Numbered from the stretch's first letter, positions 15,180-29,894 are shown. The stretch is 64,000 nt of DNA from Chrysomallon squamiferum (GCA_012295275.1 CM022675.1:11532001-11596000); one strand, 5' to 3'. Numbers and translations are program-made. Notes: generated by a model not told the origin, from the letters alone.

Positions 15180-15509
15180 CATCATCATCATCATCATCAT
15201 AATTTTTTCACAAAATAAATTATAATTTTGAAAAACAATTAAACATTGACATTTACAATGAAAAACTGGACGTACTTGATGGTTATAAGTTCGATAAATT
15301 TAATATAATGATATAACTGTGTTTCTGAATGTCAAATTACAAAGTACTGAACCCTAAACAAAGCTGACGTTGTTGTACAACTATATGATAATAAAATGAA
15401 CGGGTTTTTTTTGTTTTTTTGTTAACATTTACGAAAAAGTTCTAGAAATAGAAAAAGTCAAATCTTTCTGTAATTGTCAGGCTTATGTAAGGAAACAATT
15501 TAATATAGA

Positions 15510-15650
<141 letters not shown>

Positions 15651-15905
15651 TAGAAGTACAGTGGTAGTACTGGTGGTAGTAATACTAGTAATAGTAGTAT
15701 CATTATTTTCATCATTATCATAATAATTATTATTATTGCGTTTGTTGTTGTTTTATATATGTGTACATTGGTCTATGTATATTTTAAATTCATTTTTAAC
15801 TGTACTAATTATCTGATTTTTAAAATTATTTTTATTATTATTATTATAAAATAAAAAAATTAAATATCATTTTAAATCATCTATCTTAGTGATGCAAATA
15901 TTGAT

Positions 15906-15936
<31 letters not shown>

Positions 15937-16059
15937 AGAAAAGAAATTTACAAAACTATAAGAAACGCAGAGACAAATTCTAAAAAAAAACGAAATTATC
16001 ACCATAAGGAAAATACGGAGGAGGGGGAAGAAGAAGAAGAAGGAGGAGAAGAAGTAGTA

Positions 16060-16480
16060 GGGGGAGCCACAGGACGTGCTCGCGAAGACGTATATACCGT
16101 TATAGCGTGCTTAACCGTTTTCATAAATATCCATTGACAACGACCATAATAAAAAAAAAAAAAAAAAATAAAAAATAAAATGTCTAACGGTGATCGTTTC
16201 TGAATGTCGCTGGGCTGGAGATATATATAATGTATGCGACTGTTTTACGACGTTTTTACGTCAAGCTCTTTCCATCTCTTGCAATAACCGGGACAAAGGT
16301 ATTCGTTTTATGGCCCGCTTTGAAGATTTGAAGCGACGCGGTGGGTTGCACGGTTGTCTTTCCCTGTGTGACACGAATCTACGAGCTGACGCAAGAGGCT
16401 TAGAATGAAAAATGGTTTGCACCGAGATAGGTGAAAAAAAAAAAATTGTTTGTGAGAAGATACGGTGTACGCGATGAACG
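16060..16480. promoter_or_regulatory. Candidate enhancer with clustered Cdx/posterior-Hox sites
   Basis: TTTTACGAC 16243-16251, TTTTACG at about 16254, TTTTATGGCC 16306-16315, CTTTGAAG at about 16318. Confidence 0.5.
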
Positions 16481-16567
16481 ATGTATGTGTATTGGTTGAA
16501 TGTCAGTTTATTTATTTATTTATTTATTTTTTTTTTAGTATTTTTGATAGATAAAATTGTGTTAATT

Positions 16568-16621
<54 letters not shown>

Positions 16622-17146
16622 GATATATATGTATGTATGTATGTGTGTGTGTGTGTAATGCAAAATAATGTTGTATAATTTAGTACAGTACCATATGGAG
16701 TGTTCATATATAATGTCTAGTATATAATGCTTGTTGATCTAATATTATAAAATAAATCAAGTAACTGATTGATTACATGGAGTATAAAAAAAACAATAAA
16801 TAAATAATAAATAATAAGTTAAATTAAAATAAAATAAATAAATAATAATGTATATGTATATATATGTATTTATAGATAGATAGATAGATAGATAGATAGA
16901 CAGATAATATGTTTGGTTGTGCGTTGGTGTGTATTGTATCTGCTTTTAATTCTAACTCGCTTAAATCTTTGATATAGGTAAATGGCGGTCAAGGGAAGTA
17001 ACTGCAATTCTCTGAATTTTAATTTTGAACTTTTTACTCAAAAATAAATTTAAAAAGAAAAATGTGAAAAGGTCATTGCTTTTATTGCTTTTTTTTCAGT
17101 GATATTTTATTTATTTCTTTTATTTTGTTTTTACGTTTTGTGGTTG

Positions 17147-17178
<32 letters not shown>

Positions 17179-17315
17179 TTGGGGGTTAATTATTTTTTTA
17201 ATCAAAATAAGAAAAAAAAAAAAAAAAAAAAAAGGATTTTAAAAATTTGAAAGGAAAAAGTTAATTAAAAGGTTAAAAAAAATAATTTTGAAAAATATCT
17301 GCAAGCAGAAGGTTA

Positions 17316-17356
<41 letters not shown>

Positions 17357-17399
17357 AAAAAAAAAAAAAAAAAAAACCCACCACCTAATAAAATTTAAT

Positions 17400-17766
17400 T
17401 TCAGTTCCTTTGCCAAACGAAAGATTTACCAGGAAGGGAGATAACTGCTACCGGGTTCAGATGGCGCTAATGTTCACTTGATGATAGAGGAAACAGTATA
17501 GCGCTGTTTTTATGGCCATCCTCATCAGAGATAATTTTACGCGCCTTGCCACCCAGTTACTCCGACTTTTACGAGCGCACCTCTGTAAACTTTACCTCGC
17601 CCCTCAGACAAGACCCACATGTGCCATAGCAAGTCGGCTTCAATAGCACCGCCACAGATGTGCTATCTAGGTCACTCTCGAAACGTTCGAAACCACCCAC
17701 AGAAGCCAAAGGAAGACAACTCCACGACGGTGCTTAGTTAACACTCCGGAGAAAATGGGGAAAATG

Positions 17767-17801
<35 letters not shown>

Positions 17802-18170
17802 TTGTTGTGGCCTGGATGGGGGATAAAACACTCGGTCACAGAGGTGGTCTTGTGTTTATTGCCTTTTAATGGCCAAATCTCGCACTACCCTATTCAACTC
17901 TCGCGATATCAAAAAGCTCGAACGTCTGCGCGCAAATTCCACCAGCTAGCTATAGACAATCGGAACATTTTTTCATGGATAGTGGCGCTTTACAGCGTTT
18001 TCATTCCCCCAATCCATAACCCGCATCGAATACAGCACGTGCCGGCAGCTACGATTTTAAAAAAACCCCGAAAAGAAAATATACACGAACAGATTAAACC
18101 TATCTCAGTGTTTTGTCGGGTTGCTGAAATTTATATTAGCCGTGAAACTTAAAAGGCGTTCATTAACTCA
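17400..18170. promoter_or_regulatory. Candidate enhancer or boundary island
   Basis: CTCF-like CAGATGGCGCTA 17458-17469, TTTTATGGCC 17508-17517, TTTTACGAG 17567-17575, TTTAATGGCC at about 17865. Confidence 0.5.
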
Positions 18171-18313
18171 CGAAAACACTTTACAATTAAACCCTTTATA
18201 TACAAATCTTGAATTCGCTGATTTATTGTCGGGTTTAATGGTTAGACATGTATATATTTTTGTTTTTTTGTTGAAATCTTGGTTATCGTAGATTACGTGT
18301 CCAGACTGAATTA

Positions 18314-18348
<35 letters not shown>

Positions 18349-19093
18349 GCCTGTATGTCTGTCAAACTGTGTGTCTATTTATTTACTAATTAATACTCTG
18401 TTTAAGTGTGTTAGTACACAGAAACATACACATACATACATACGTATATATATATATATATATATACACGTATAAATAAATAAATATATATATTTACATA
18501 GGTGTGTATGTTAGTATATATAAAATTAAATATATTTAGTTTTCTGGATTTGTCAAAACAAAAATATTCAGTTACAAGTTTTCAAGTTTGTATGTGTCCC
18601 AAAAGTCTAGGAAATGTGAAAAAAAAACGCCCACATTTATTTTTTTTTTTTTTTTTAATTTTATTAAATAAGTTATACTGACAAGTTCAAGCATGGGTAA
18701 GTTTAAATATATTTAAATATACTTGTATATATAATCAGCGACCCAAGAAAACGCTACCACACACGTTGAAAACCACTTTCGTTATTTATTTATTTATTTA
18801 TTTATTTATCAGTTTATTATTTCTCTCCATCGTTTTCTTTTATTCATCTTTTTATCTATTTATTTGTCTATTCACATTTATCTGTTTGTTTAGTTAGTGA
18901 GTCAGTTAGACATTTATTTATTAAATTGTTATTAAAGAATTTTCTAAATGGACATCGTTGTATATATACAGCTTATTATTACACGAAACGAACTCATTAA
19001 TATATGCCACTTAATATTTTTCAGCTTCGAAATTTTTGTGATGTCATTTCCATAATTAATTGTCAAAACTTAACAGATGTGAAATTTATCTAC

Positions 19094-19129
<36 letters not shown>

Positions 19130-19470
19130 TGAATTACATAATTTAACAGGCAAGGCTTCTTCTAATTTCAAACAAAAACATGCCTAGACTTCATTTCAAA
19201 GTCCTAGAAAAATTGCTGATGCATCATCATCATCATTATCATTATTACTATTATTATTATTAATATTATTATTATTATTACAGCTCCTACTACTACTATC
19301 GTTGCTGTTTTTTTATCACCATTATATACAGCATCATGCAATAATACGTCATCATCATTATTGTTTTATATTTAGTTGTTTTTCTAATGGTTTGTTCTTG
19401 TTAAGGAAATCATAACAAAAATAGGCAAACGAACAACATTAATCCATATATACATTCATCATACATACAT

Positions 19471-19961
19471 GATGAAGACGATTTTAGCTAAAGTATTAGT
19501 ATCATTCTTTTACACAAAAAGTAAAAGTAAAGTAGCAAACTAAAATTAATTATTATTTTTATTATAATTAAATTTTGTTAACAAGACCTAAATTAAAGTT
19601 CATCATTATTTTATTATTACTATCAATTATTGAAACCATTATTATTTCTATTATAAATAAATAAATAAATATAATAATATAATATAATATTTACATTTTC
19701 TAGTTAATATTTAATAATTAAAAAATAAATAAATAAATAAATAAAAAAAAAATAGTCAAACAAATAAATAAATAAAATGAATTATTACATACATACATGA
19801 AGAGGACATACAAAATTAAATAAAAATACATACATACATATATTCATACACACATACATACATACATTCATACATACATACATACATGCTTACAAACATA
19901 CATACTTACAAACAAACACACAAAATAAGTAAGTGCATGTGTTTATGTGTGTCTGTAATGA

Positions 19962-20014
<53 letters not shown>

Positions 20015-20019
20015 TAGAC

Positions 20020-20062
<43 letters not shown>

Positions 20063-20063
20063 C

Positions 20064-20106
<43 letters not shown>

Positions 20107-20349
20107 GATAGATAGATAATAAACAGATTAATAAATTCAGTATGTAATACAAATCAGTTGAAGGTAAACATCTTATGTGAATTTGAAATCCATGTCACTC
20201 TGAGAGAGTCCAGTACTTTCAAAAATAATTAATCTTATGTCTTTTTTAGTTTAGTTCTAAGAGCATTAATGTTAAAATAAATAAATAAAAATTAAAAATT
20301 AAAAATAAAATTAATTAATTCCGTGAACATAAATATAACAAATGTGCTA

Positions 20350-20392
<43 letters not shown>

Positions 20393-20430
20393 ACAAATAA
20401 ACAAATATATAAATAAATAAATAAATAAAC

Positions 20431-20505
<75 letters not shown>

Positions 20506-21039
20506 ACAAATGAACAAATAAACAAATACAAACTCAAACAAACAAATCAGCAAAAAAGCAAAATTAAAAATTAAAAACATCGATTTTGATGCCTGGTTCA
20601 AATATTCCTTTCAATTTGTTTATTTCAGTTTAGTAAATTCTTTATATTTTCCTTTGTTCATTCTAATTTTATTTTCTCTTGTTTATTTTTAATGGGGTTT
20701 TTTGCACTTTTTAAAACACAATTTTAAACTCCTCACCAAAAAGAAGAACAAAAAAACAACAATGTACGACAACATTTATGTAATCATATTTTTAGTACCT
20801 ACCAGTAAAAGTAATAATTATTTTAACCATATTGATACATACTTAATATAATAAAATAAAATATAATATAATAAATGAATTTAAAAAAAAATAATAAATA
20901 AATAAATAATAAAATATAATATAATATAGTAAAATATAATATAATAAAAATAACATAATATAGCATAATATAATATAATATAATACAATACAATAAAATA
21001 TTACGTAATTAATTAATAATAAATAAATAAGTAAATATA

Positions 21040-21078
<39 letters not shown>

Positions 21079-21670
21079 AAATTATATTTTTTCTGTTGTT
21101 GATGATGAAGACGATGTTGCTAAATAATACCGGCGGACATTTTTTTTACACAAAATAAAAATAAATGTAGAAAACAAAATTAATAGCTTTTTACATAACT
21201 AAATTTAAAAAATAACAAGACCTAAATGAAAGTTGTATCGTTTGGATTAGTCATAATAACAACAACAAAGAAACCATCAATATTTCCTCATATAAATAAA
21301 TAAATAAATAAATAAATAAATATATATAGTATAATATAATATAATATAATATAATATAATATAATATATTATAATATAATATAATATATTAATAATATAA
21401 AATAAATAAATAAATAAATAAATAATTAAAAAATAAATAAATAAATATTTAAATAAACAAATAAATAAATAAAAATGAATTATTACTGTCCTTGATGAAG
21501 AGGATCATAATGAAAATAAAAGAAAAATCGAATGCAAAAAACAAAATCAAATGCTTCAGTCCTTTATATAATTATTTTAAATAAATAACAAAAGCTAAAT
21601 TAGACTTATATTCATTGGATTACTTATAGTAACAACAACAAAGAGACCTTCAATATTTCCCATATAAATA
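19471..21670. repeat. Three diverged copies of a 200-350 bp low-copy segment
   Basis: Collinear anchors gatgaagacgat...ttttacacaaaa...aacaagacctaaat...gaaaccat...atatttcc at about 19471, 21103 and 21494. Confidence 0.75.
19963..20520. repeat. (GACA)n(GATA)n and, downstream, a long (TAAA)n
   Basis: Read directly: 19963-20117 and 20350-20520. Confidence 0.93.
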
Positions 21671-22981
21671 AAAAAAAAGAAAGAAAGAAAGAAATACAAA
21701 AAGAAATATTTCACTTTTTTATCCGTATAATTCTGTAACATTGTTAAAAGTTATTATCGTAAATACTGACTTTACTGTCATTAAAAACAACAATAGTTTA
21801 TTACAGTTTTAACTATAAATCCCTTTAATCTTTTATAATATATTAAAACTTATATGATATAAAATACTGTTTTAAATTACGGGTCAAGAACGTATACAAT
21901 AAACTTTTTCATAATAAAACATAAATAAATGAATAAAACCGTCTCAGTATCTGCTGGATTATTATTATTATTGCTGTTGTTGTTGTTGTTGTTGTTATTA
22001 TTATTATTATTATCATAATCATCATCGTCATCATCATTATAATTATCATTATTATTATTACTGTTGTTGTTTTTGTTGTTGTTGTTATTATTAATGCAGT
22101 TGTTGAATTTCTCTTATGTTTTTAATATATTTATTTCATTTTATTTATAAATTTATTTATTTATTTATAGGTTTTATTATTTATGTATTCATTCATTCAT
22201 TCATTCATTTATTATGTTTTATATATTTATTCATTCATTTATTCATTATGTTTTATAAATTTGGTGAAAACTTTAACTTAAAATGTAATAATGTAATGTA
22301 ACATAAAGTAATAATGCATTTTAACGTTAAATAACTTAATAGCTATAATGTAATGTAATGTCATATAATAATATATTTCAATATCACTTATAATCAACAA
22401 TAATGTATCTAGCCTATATTTATCGGAAGTGTTTGCATAGGTAAATATATATTTCATCTGTATGTATAAGAAAATAATATAGGCGTTCGTGTTTATATGT
22501 ATATCTTAAGATTAAAGAACAAATTTTATAAGTTTTAATAATATAATAACACCATCTTTATTTAATTAATTGAAAGCACATTTAGGTTATGAATTTTCTT
22601 TTATTTATTTGTTTATTTTTTAATTTTTTTTTTTTTATTATTATTATTTTGTTCATTTTCTTTTAATTAATTAATTTATTTATTTATTTGTTTGTTTGTT
22701 TGTTTATTTATTTCTTTATTTATTTGTTTGTTTGTTTGTTTATTTATTTATTTATTTACTTTTTTATTTATTTATTTATATTTATATTTATATTTATTTA
22801 TTTTTAATTTATTTTATTTATTTATTTATTGTTTATTATTTATTTATTTATTTATTTATATTTATTATTTATTTACATTTATATTTATTTTTAAATATTT
22901 ATTTATTTTTTATTGTTTTTATTTATTTATTTATTTATATTTATTTATTTTTATTATTTATTTAGTTACTTAGTTAGTTTT

Positions 22982-23020
<39 letters not shown>

Positions 23021-23206
23021 TATTTCAAATCCAAAACAAAATGTTCACGTATATCACTTAGATATCGGAACAGGTATTATTATTACTGATCGTAAAAAAT
23101 TAGTTATAAGTCACTGTTTCTTATTTATCGAATTCGCTACCCAGTTTACAGTCGACAGGAATTCGATCATATTTAACTGACTTGTTTAGTTTCAAAAACT
23201 GTAATC

Positions 23207-23270
23207 TATATCTTAACACTAGTTTCAAATACTCTAACATATCTTAACACTAGTTTCAAATACTCTAACA
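23207..23270. repeat. Tandem duplication of a 31-bp unit
   Basis: atatcttaacactagtttcaaatactctaac occurs twice. Confidence 0.9.
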
Positions 23271-23567
23271 GATATCGTAAAACTACCTTAGACAGCAGTC
23301 TACAGAGACCGACTGATAAACTGTCTGATGGACAGACAGAAAGATATGTAGAGAGATAGAGAGAAAAACAGAAAGAGAAATAAAAATATGATCAGGTGAC
23401 AGGAAGATAGAAAGACAAATGGGTAGATAAGCAGATAGACATACATACATACATACACACACATATACATACATACATACATACATGCATATATATATTC
23501 ATTCATAGATATACGTACGAAATCGACAATCATCCAGTCAGTGTCTTCAAACCTAAATATCTCCCAA

Positions 23568-23600
<33 letters not shown>

Positions 23601-23611
23601 ATGTATCAATG

Positions 23612-23642
<31 letters not shown>

Positions 23643-24242
23643 GTGTGTTTATCCGCCACTCTATTTAATTATATGTCATCAGAATATCTACATCAATCTA
23701 AATGTCTGTCTATCTACATAATCTATCTATCCCCATCAGTATAATTATAATATATCTGTGTCGATCTGTCTGCCTGTCTCTACATTTATCTGTCCTTCTG
23801 TCGATCTGTTTATATATCTACATCTATCCGTCAGTTTATCTATACATCTATATATCTGCCTATCTGACATGTATAATAATATACTACATTCCGAGCCGAA
23901 GCTTTAAATTACGCAATCTGAAGGAGAACGGTCTCAAAACGATGAAAGGAACTTTTCAACTCCACCACTGCAGACTGTTTCAATCACATTTCACAGCGAG
24001 CTATGATTTTGTACACTCAGTAAGATGATAAAAAAAAACATTTTTATGACTTGGCCCACCCAGGTTTGAAGAAGCCATTTTGTTTAGCCTCTATCTGAGA
24101 GTAACACACACACGTACCTCATTCCCTTCTCGTTATCGCGTCTGCTACTTAAGCAGTAATAATCTAGTATCTTCTGGGTCCAGAAGAAAAAAAATAAAAA
24201 TAAAAATAAAATAAAAATAATCCCCAGTGCTTGTATTATTTT

Positions 24243-24274
<32 letters not shown>

Positions 24275-25143
24275 TAAAAGGTTCAAAACTGTACAAGAGA
24301 AATGCATGCCAGTGTTTTCAAATTTTTCGTTAAGAATATCGGGATAAATAAGTGAGTGGCGAGACCAGCCAGTAGCTTTTGTTGATTAAATGGAGTTATC
24401 TCCCATGGTTTGCTTGAGAAGTGAAAGTGACTGAATGCCATTTTGGGTTTCGTTTGGGTCTCTGTATGAGTTTGTGTGCGTATGTGTGCATGTATGTCTG
24501 TGTTTACTTAATTATATCTGGAAATGCGTTACACACACACACACACACACACACATAAATAAATAGATACTACATATACATATAAGCAGACATACACATA
24601 TACACACATATGTATATGCATGTTTTTAGTACATGTAGATATGCATATTACTATTGCCACAACAGCTACTAGTACTGCTATTACTAATACTACTGCTAAT
24701 ACTACTACTACTACTACTACTATTACCACCACCACAACTTCGACTATTGACATTTCCACTAATATGACGATCGTTAATCATTTCCATCATCATCACCATC
24801 ATCATCATCACCACCAACACGAACGTCATCACGGATCATCACAATCTGATACCTACAGGACCGGGGGGTTCAATAAATTAACTTGCAGTATTGCAATGAA
24901 GTATGATCTCATTTCAACACTTTTTAAAAAAAAGAAAAAATACAGTACACACAACACACCGCATCAAGTTACTCGCTGTAATACTTACAAAATTACACGC
25001 GCGAAAAATTCGCTTCTTTCATCTTTTATGACACCCATTAACGAGGCTTTGCTTTTCGGCTGGGGGACTTCTTGCTTCGTCCAATTACCGGACACCAGAG
25101 CTTTATTTTATTTTTTATTTTTTTTCCACGCCTTCCGAGGTTG

Positions 25144-25174
<31 letters not shown>

Positions 25175-25523
25175 GGATAGGTGTCGCTATAAAACTGCGA
25201 GATCAAAAACGAGAATGAAGGACCTCCGTGTAGCCCGTGTTGATATGGGATATGTTCTACCGCAGGACGCCTATCTAAACAGAACTTCTCTTGTCACTTA
25301 TGAATACTCGGAGCGTATTTAACTAAGATTAATTACGGTCTCCTTTACAGCGTCTCCACAATATTTTTATTTTTGAATACGGATTGAATTGCTTGTTCGT
25401 GTAGCAGACCCATTTTTATTTTTTTTTATTATTTTTTTTATTCTGCTTAATAATTTATTATTATTGTTGTTGTTGTTGTTGTTGTTGTTGATGAATATTA
25501 TTATGATGATGATTATTATTATA

Positions 25524-25593
<70 letters not shown>

Positions 25594-25820
25594 TTTGTTT
25601 ATTTTTAATTTTTTATTTTCTATTTTTTTATTTATTTTTTTGTTGTTAATTTATATATTGTGTCCTTTACATTTTTACAGTAAATATTAACAACATTTTA
25701 ATTTCAAGTTAAACAGTTTACCAAATTCAGTGCTCCAAATGTTCTCAACACATTACTGAACAAACACACACCATTTTATTTTTAGTACTAATAATTTAAC
25801 ATTCAAAAACATAGACTACA

Positions 25821-25915
<95 letters not shown>

Positions 25916-25989
25916 TTCTGTCTCTCTCTCATCCATCCCTCCCTCTCTCTCCCTCTCAGTCTCGTTTGTTTTTAATAAAAGCACTACCC

Positions 25990-26019
<30 letters not shown>

Positions 26020-26023
<4 letters not shown>

Positions 26024-26210
26024 ATGACAGATGAAGGGCCCCAAACGTGCCCAGATGGGGGTGGTCTGCAGTGAGACCCTGCACGTGCGCACGTTCATCA
26101 ACGGGGTGGTGGGGGGGGCGCTATCTCGGAATGCACGCGCAGTCGAATCTATAAATGTCTACCCACCTTCGCCTGGCAGCCTGCTGGCATCACTCACCTT
26201 CTCGGGCGTA
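26020..26210 (+). promoter_or_regulatory. Orphan promoter-like island
   Basis: CACGTG at about 26082, G-rich GGGGGGGGCG 26111-26120, TATAAA 26150-26155, Inr-like TCACT 26190 (somewhat farther from the TATA than canonical). Confidence 0.45.
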
Positions 26211-26214
26211 GTCC

Positions 26215-26285
26215 CTCCTCCTGCTCCTCCTGCTCCTGCTCCTCCTGCTCCTCCTGCTCCTCCTGCTCCTCCTGCTCCTGCTCCA
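26215..26285. repeat. GC-rich (CCTGCTCCT)/(CCTGCT)n repeat
   Basis: Read directly. It is the only long GC-rich SSR seen in the window. Confidence 0.9.
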
Positions 26286-27149
26286 GCAGCAAATCTTTCG
26301 TGGAAGAAAAAAACAAATAAAAAAAAACAAAAACAAGTCTCGTGAATTATCGCGAGACTCCACGGGAAAAGTCTGGAAGAACCAAAACTGCTGCAACAAC
26401 AACAAACTTATCCTTCCACCCGGGGAAAAGCAAGAAAAATTAAAACAAATAAAAATAAAAAAGCAAAGGGAAAAACACCATCAGTACTCCTTCGTGAAAA
26501 ACTGCCACGAAAACGAAAAAAATGTCAAGAGTATGGAAAACAAAAACAAAATAACCATCGTAGATGAACTATAGTGTTAAGACCGAAACGAAGACTCTAC
26601 CAAGCGAACATTCAGCATACTACCGAGGGAAAACACCGAATGGATTACAATTTATAACGAAAAACCCCCGTGTAAAAACGAACCCGTGGTCATAATACGT
26701 TTATGTGAAGTTCGTCTCGCTTCAAACTGCTTGGATGTTTCGCTGTATACACAAATGGGTGGCCATAAAGATCTCAGACGATAAAAACGAAACATAAAAT
26801 CTTTGATGGTCTTGTCATTTTTGGGGGCTTCCCTCATTAAAGTTATTGCCTTATGCTTCGTTCTAAACTTTTCAAACGCTCTTTTGCATAATCATCAACA
26901 AAAAAAAGAAAAAAAAAAAATTAAAACTCAGCACGATCCAGATTTTGGTTTTTGCCTCGGCACCGGTAGAAGTTGAGTCAGCGTGGAATCTTTCAGTGTC
27001 TGAAGCAGATAATGGCTTTCGACAAAGCGTGTATGGGACGGATTTCTGTACGGCAGTAAAATGTCTGCAACGTTAGGGTGGTCTGAAGTTTAGCGAAATC
27101 TGCTTCGTTTCACGAAGTAAAGATAATGTTCGTGGGTTTTCCTGTTGTT

Positions 27150-28124
27150 AGTTTTTGTTAGTTTTTTTGTGTATATTTTTTTTATTTTTGTGTTATTTTA
27201 TTTTATTTTGTTTTGTTTTGTTTTATCTTATGTTATTTTATGTTATTTTACTTTATTTTAGTTTAGTTTAGTTAATCATATTTTATTTTATTTATTTTAT
27301 TTTATTTTATTATTTTATGTTATTTTATTTTATTTTATTTTATGTTATTTTATTTGTTTTATTTTATTTTGTTTTATTACATTTTATTTTATTTATTTTA
27401 CTTTAGTTTAATTTAGTTTATCATAATTTATTTTATCTTATTTTTTTATTAATTTATTTTATTTTAATTTTATTAATTTTAATTTATTTTATTTTATTTT
27501 TTTTTTTTTATTTTTGTTATTTTATTTTTTCTTTATTTTTTATTTACCATTTTACTCCCTCTGTTTTTTATTTTAATTTATTTTATTGAATAATATTTTA
27601 TTTATTTTATTTATTTATTTTTTATTTTTTATTATTATTATTTTTTTTTTATTTATTTTTTTTTTTTTTTTTTTTTTTTTTATTATTTATATTTTTTTTT
27701 TTTGTTTTTATTTATTTATTTATTTATTAATTTATTTTTTTGTTTTTGTTTTTTATTAATTTATTTTATTTTAGATTTATATAAATTTTAATTTTATTTT
27801 ATTTTATTTTATTTTATTTTATTTTTGTTATGTATTTTTCTTTAATTTAACCATTTTACTCCCTCTGTTTGTATGTATGCAAGTATGAGTATTATTATTT
27901 TATGATTTATTTTATTTATTTATTTTTTTTGTTGTATTTTTTTTTTATTTTATTTATGTTTATATTTTTTTATTTTTTATTTTTTTTTTTTTTTTTATTT
28001 ATTTTTTTTTTTTTATTTATTTTTTGTTTGTTCGTTTATTTATTAATTTATTTTTTTTTTGTTTTGTTTGTTTGTTCATTTGGTTGGTTGTTCACTTATT
28101 TATTTTATTTATTTATTTATTCGC

Positions 28125-28159
<35 letters not shown>

Positions 28160-28248
28160 TTCGCTTATTTATTTATTTATTTATTTATTTATTCGCTTAT
28201 TTATTTATTTATTTATTCATTCGCTTATTTATTTATTTATTCACTCGC

Positions 28249-28290
<42 letters not shown>
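27150..28290. repeat. T-rich low-complexity block: (TTTTA)n and (TTTA)n, with periodic TTCGC interruptions at 28120-28250
   Basis: Read directly. Also contains accattttactccctctgttt duplicated at about 27546 and 27850. Confidence 0.9.
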
Positions 28291-28291
<1 letters not shown>

Positions 28292-28326
28292 TCACCTTAC
28301 CAGTTTTAGTTTGTTAACACGAAGTG

Positions 28327-28383
28327 AAATGGCGGTCGTAAAACACCGGAAGTAGTAATAATTTGGCGCGAAACTCTTCCCGG
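28327..28383. promoter_or_regulatory. YY1 + ETS + E2F motif cassette
   Basis: AAATGGCGG 28327-28335, CCGGAAGT 28346-28353, TTTGGCGCGAAA 28362-28373. Confidence 0.55.
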
Positions 28384-29709
28384 CTCAGCGTGTCCTAGTT
28401 AGCGAGATTATTAAAGATGTACTAAAACATTTTTATCCTAAACTCATACTGATTTACAGGCACAAACAGCAACGGCTGAAAATAAAGAATGGAAGACGGC
28501 TAAATGTATCTACACATGGCAGAAATACGTAAAAATATATACAAAGAGAGAGAGAGAGAGAGAGAGATAAACTGAGAGAGAGAGGGAGATAGAACGAGAG
28601 AGAATGAGAGAAAGAAAGAGAGGGAGAGATGGATGGATGGATGGATGGATAAAAGCGTTTGTGTTGCTGTTATGATTTTATTTTATTATATTGTATTTAT
28701 TTATTTATTTATTTATTTATTTGCTTCGTATATTTTTAAAAGTTTTACAAAATACCTTTGGAAATTTTAGCAATATATTATATTCATTTATTTATTTAAT
28801 TTTATTTATAATTTGTATATTCAATTATTTTTTTTTTATTTTTTTTTTTTTTTTTTTTTTTTTAAATATTTGTTTATATATTTTATTTTTATGTTTTGTT
28901 ACCATATGCTATCTGTTTTTGTTCTTTTATTTAATTAATTAATTTATTTATTTATTGTTTTTCTCCTAAATGTTAATAATTACAATGTTGAATCTTTTGA
29001 AATTTTAAACATTTAAAAAAAAAAAAATGGAGAATTAATTTATCCTTTGTGCATTTAAATTCGTCTCCCAATTTCTCTCGTGTTCTTGTTTCCAATTTTG
29101 TGTTTATTTATTAATTTATTTATTTTTATTGTCCTGTATACTAAACATTACAAAAACAAAAACTTGTCACAAGTAATCATCTTTAAGAACGCGAAAATTA
29201 TAAAAAACTGTAGAATTAATTTGTTAATTTTTTTTAACTTAAATTCGTTTTTTTTTTTTACCTATCATTTCTTTCTTTTTCCTTCCTTTCTTTCAGTCTT
29301 TCTTTCTTTCTTTTTTCTGTTTTTCTTTGTTATTGTTTTTATTTATTTATTTATTTTCTTTATTATGAACTTTATGTCCTCACGGTTCAAACAAACAAAG
29401 CCTCAGAAATTTGCATTTGAAATCGCGTCACATTTCGTTCCACGGTTTTTGTTACAAAAGCGACAGTTACACGAAAGTCTTTTGTACAGGAAAGTGAAAG
29501 CCTGTTGTATTTCTCTAAATTATTAAATTACAGAAAGCTGTTCTATTCATTTAGGTGAACGAAATGATGTTTATTATAGTGGTGGTGGTGTTTTACAAGC
29601 GTATCGTATTGTTCGATTAAACAGTAAACGAAATTCGCTAACTGCTGTGACTTATAACCAAATCAAACAGGTGACATATGGAGCATGAATTAAAACTGGT
29701 GTTTGTTGT

Positions 29710-29754
<45 letters not shown>

Positions 29755-29894
29755 GCCTGTGTGTCCAATAACCATTATTACCATCATTTAAATCTTGTTT
29801 ATTTATAGATCCAAAATAAAATAAAATAAAATAAAATAAAATAAAATAAAATAAAATAAAATAAAATAAATAAATAAATAAATAAATAAATAAA

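Noticed and set aside
17147-17376. Poly-T/poly-A block as a retroposon tail or terminator
   Set aside because: No element body or target-site duplication; homopolymers are everywhere here and their lengths may be sequencing-unreliable.
17802-18152. Non-repetitive ORFs in islands (also 31248-31526, 42273-42533, 45685-46167, 49115-49476)
   Set aside because: Short, mostly non-ATG starts, no GC3 bias like the true exon, and no recognisable domain.
26031-26345. 104-aa Pro/Ala-rich ORF
   Set aside because: It spans promoter-like motifs, and its PAP and poly-K tracts come from a repeat and A-runs.
27002-27106. Inverted repeat gaagcagat/atctgcttc
   Set aside because: Only 9 bp with an 87-nt unpaired interior; compatible with chance.
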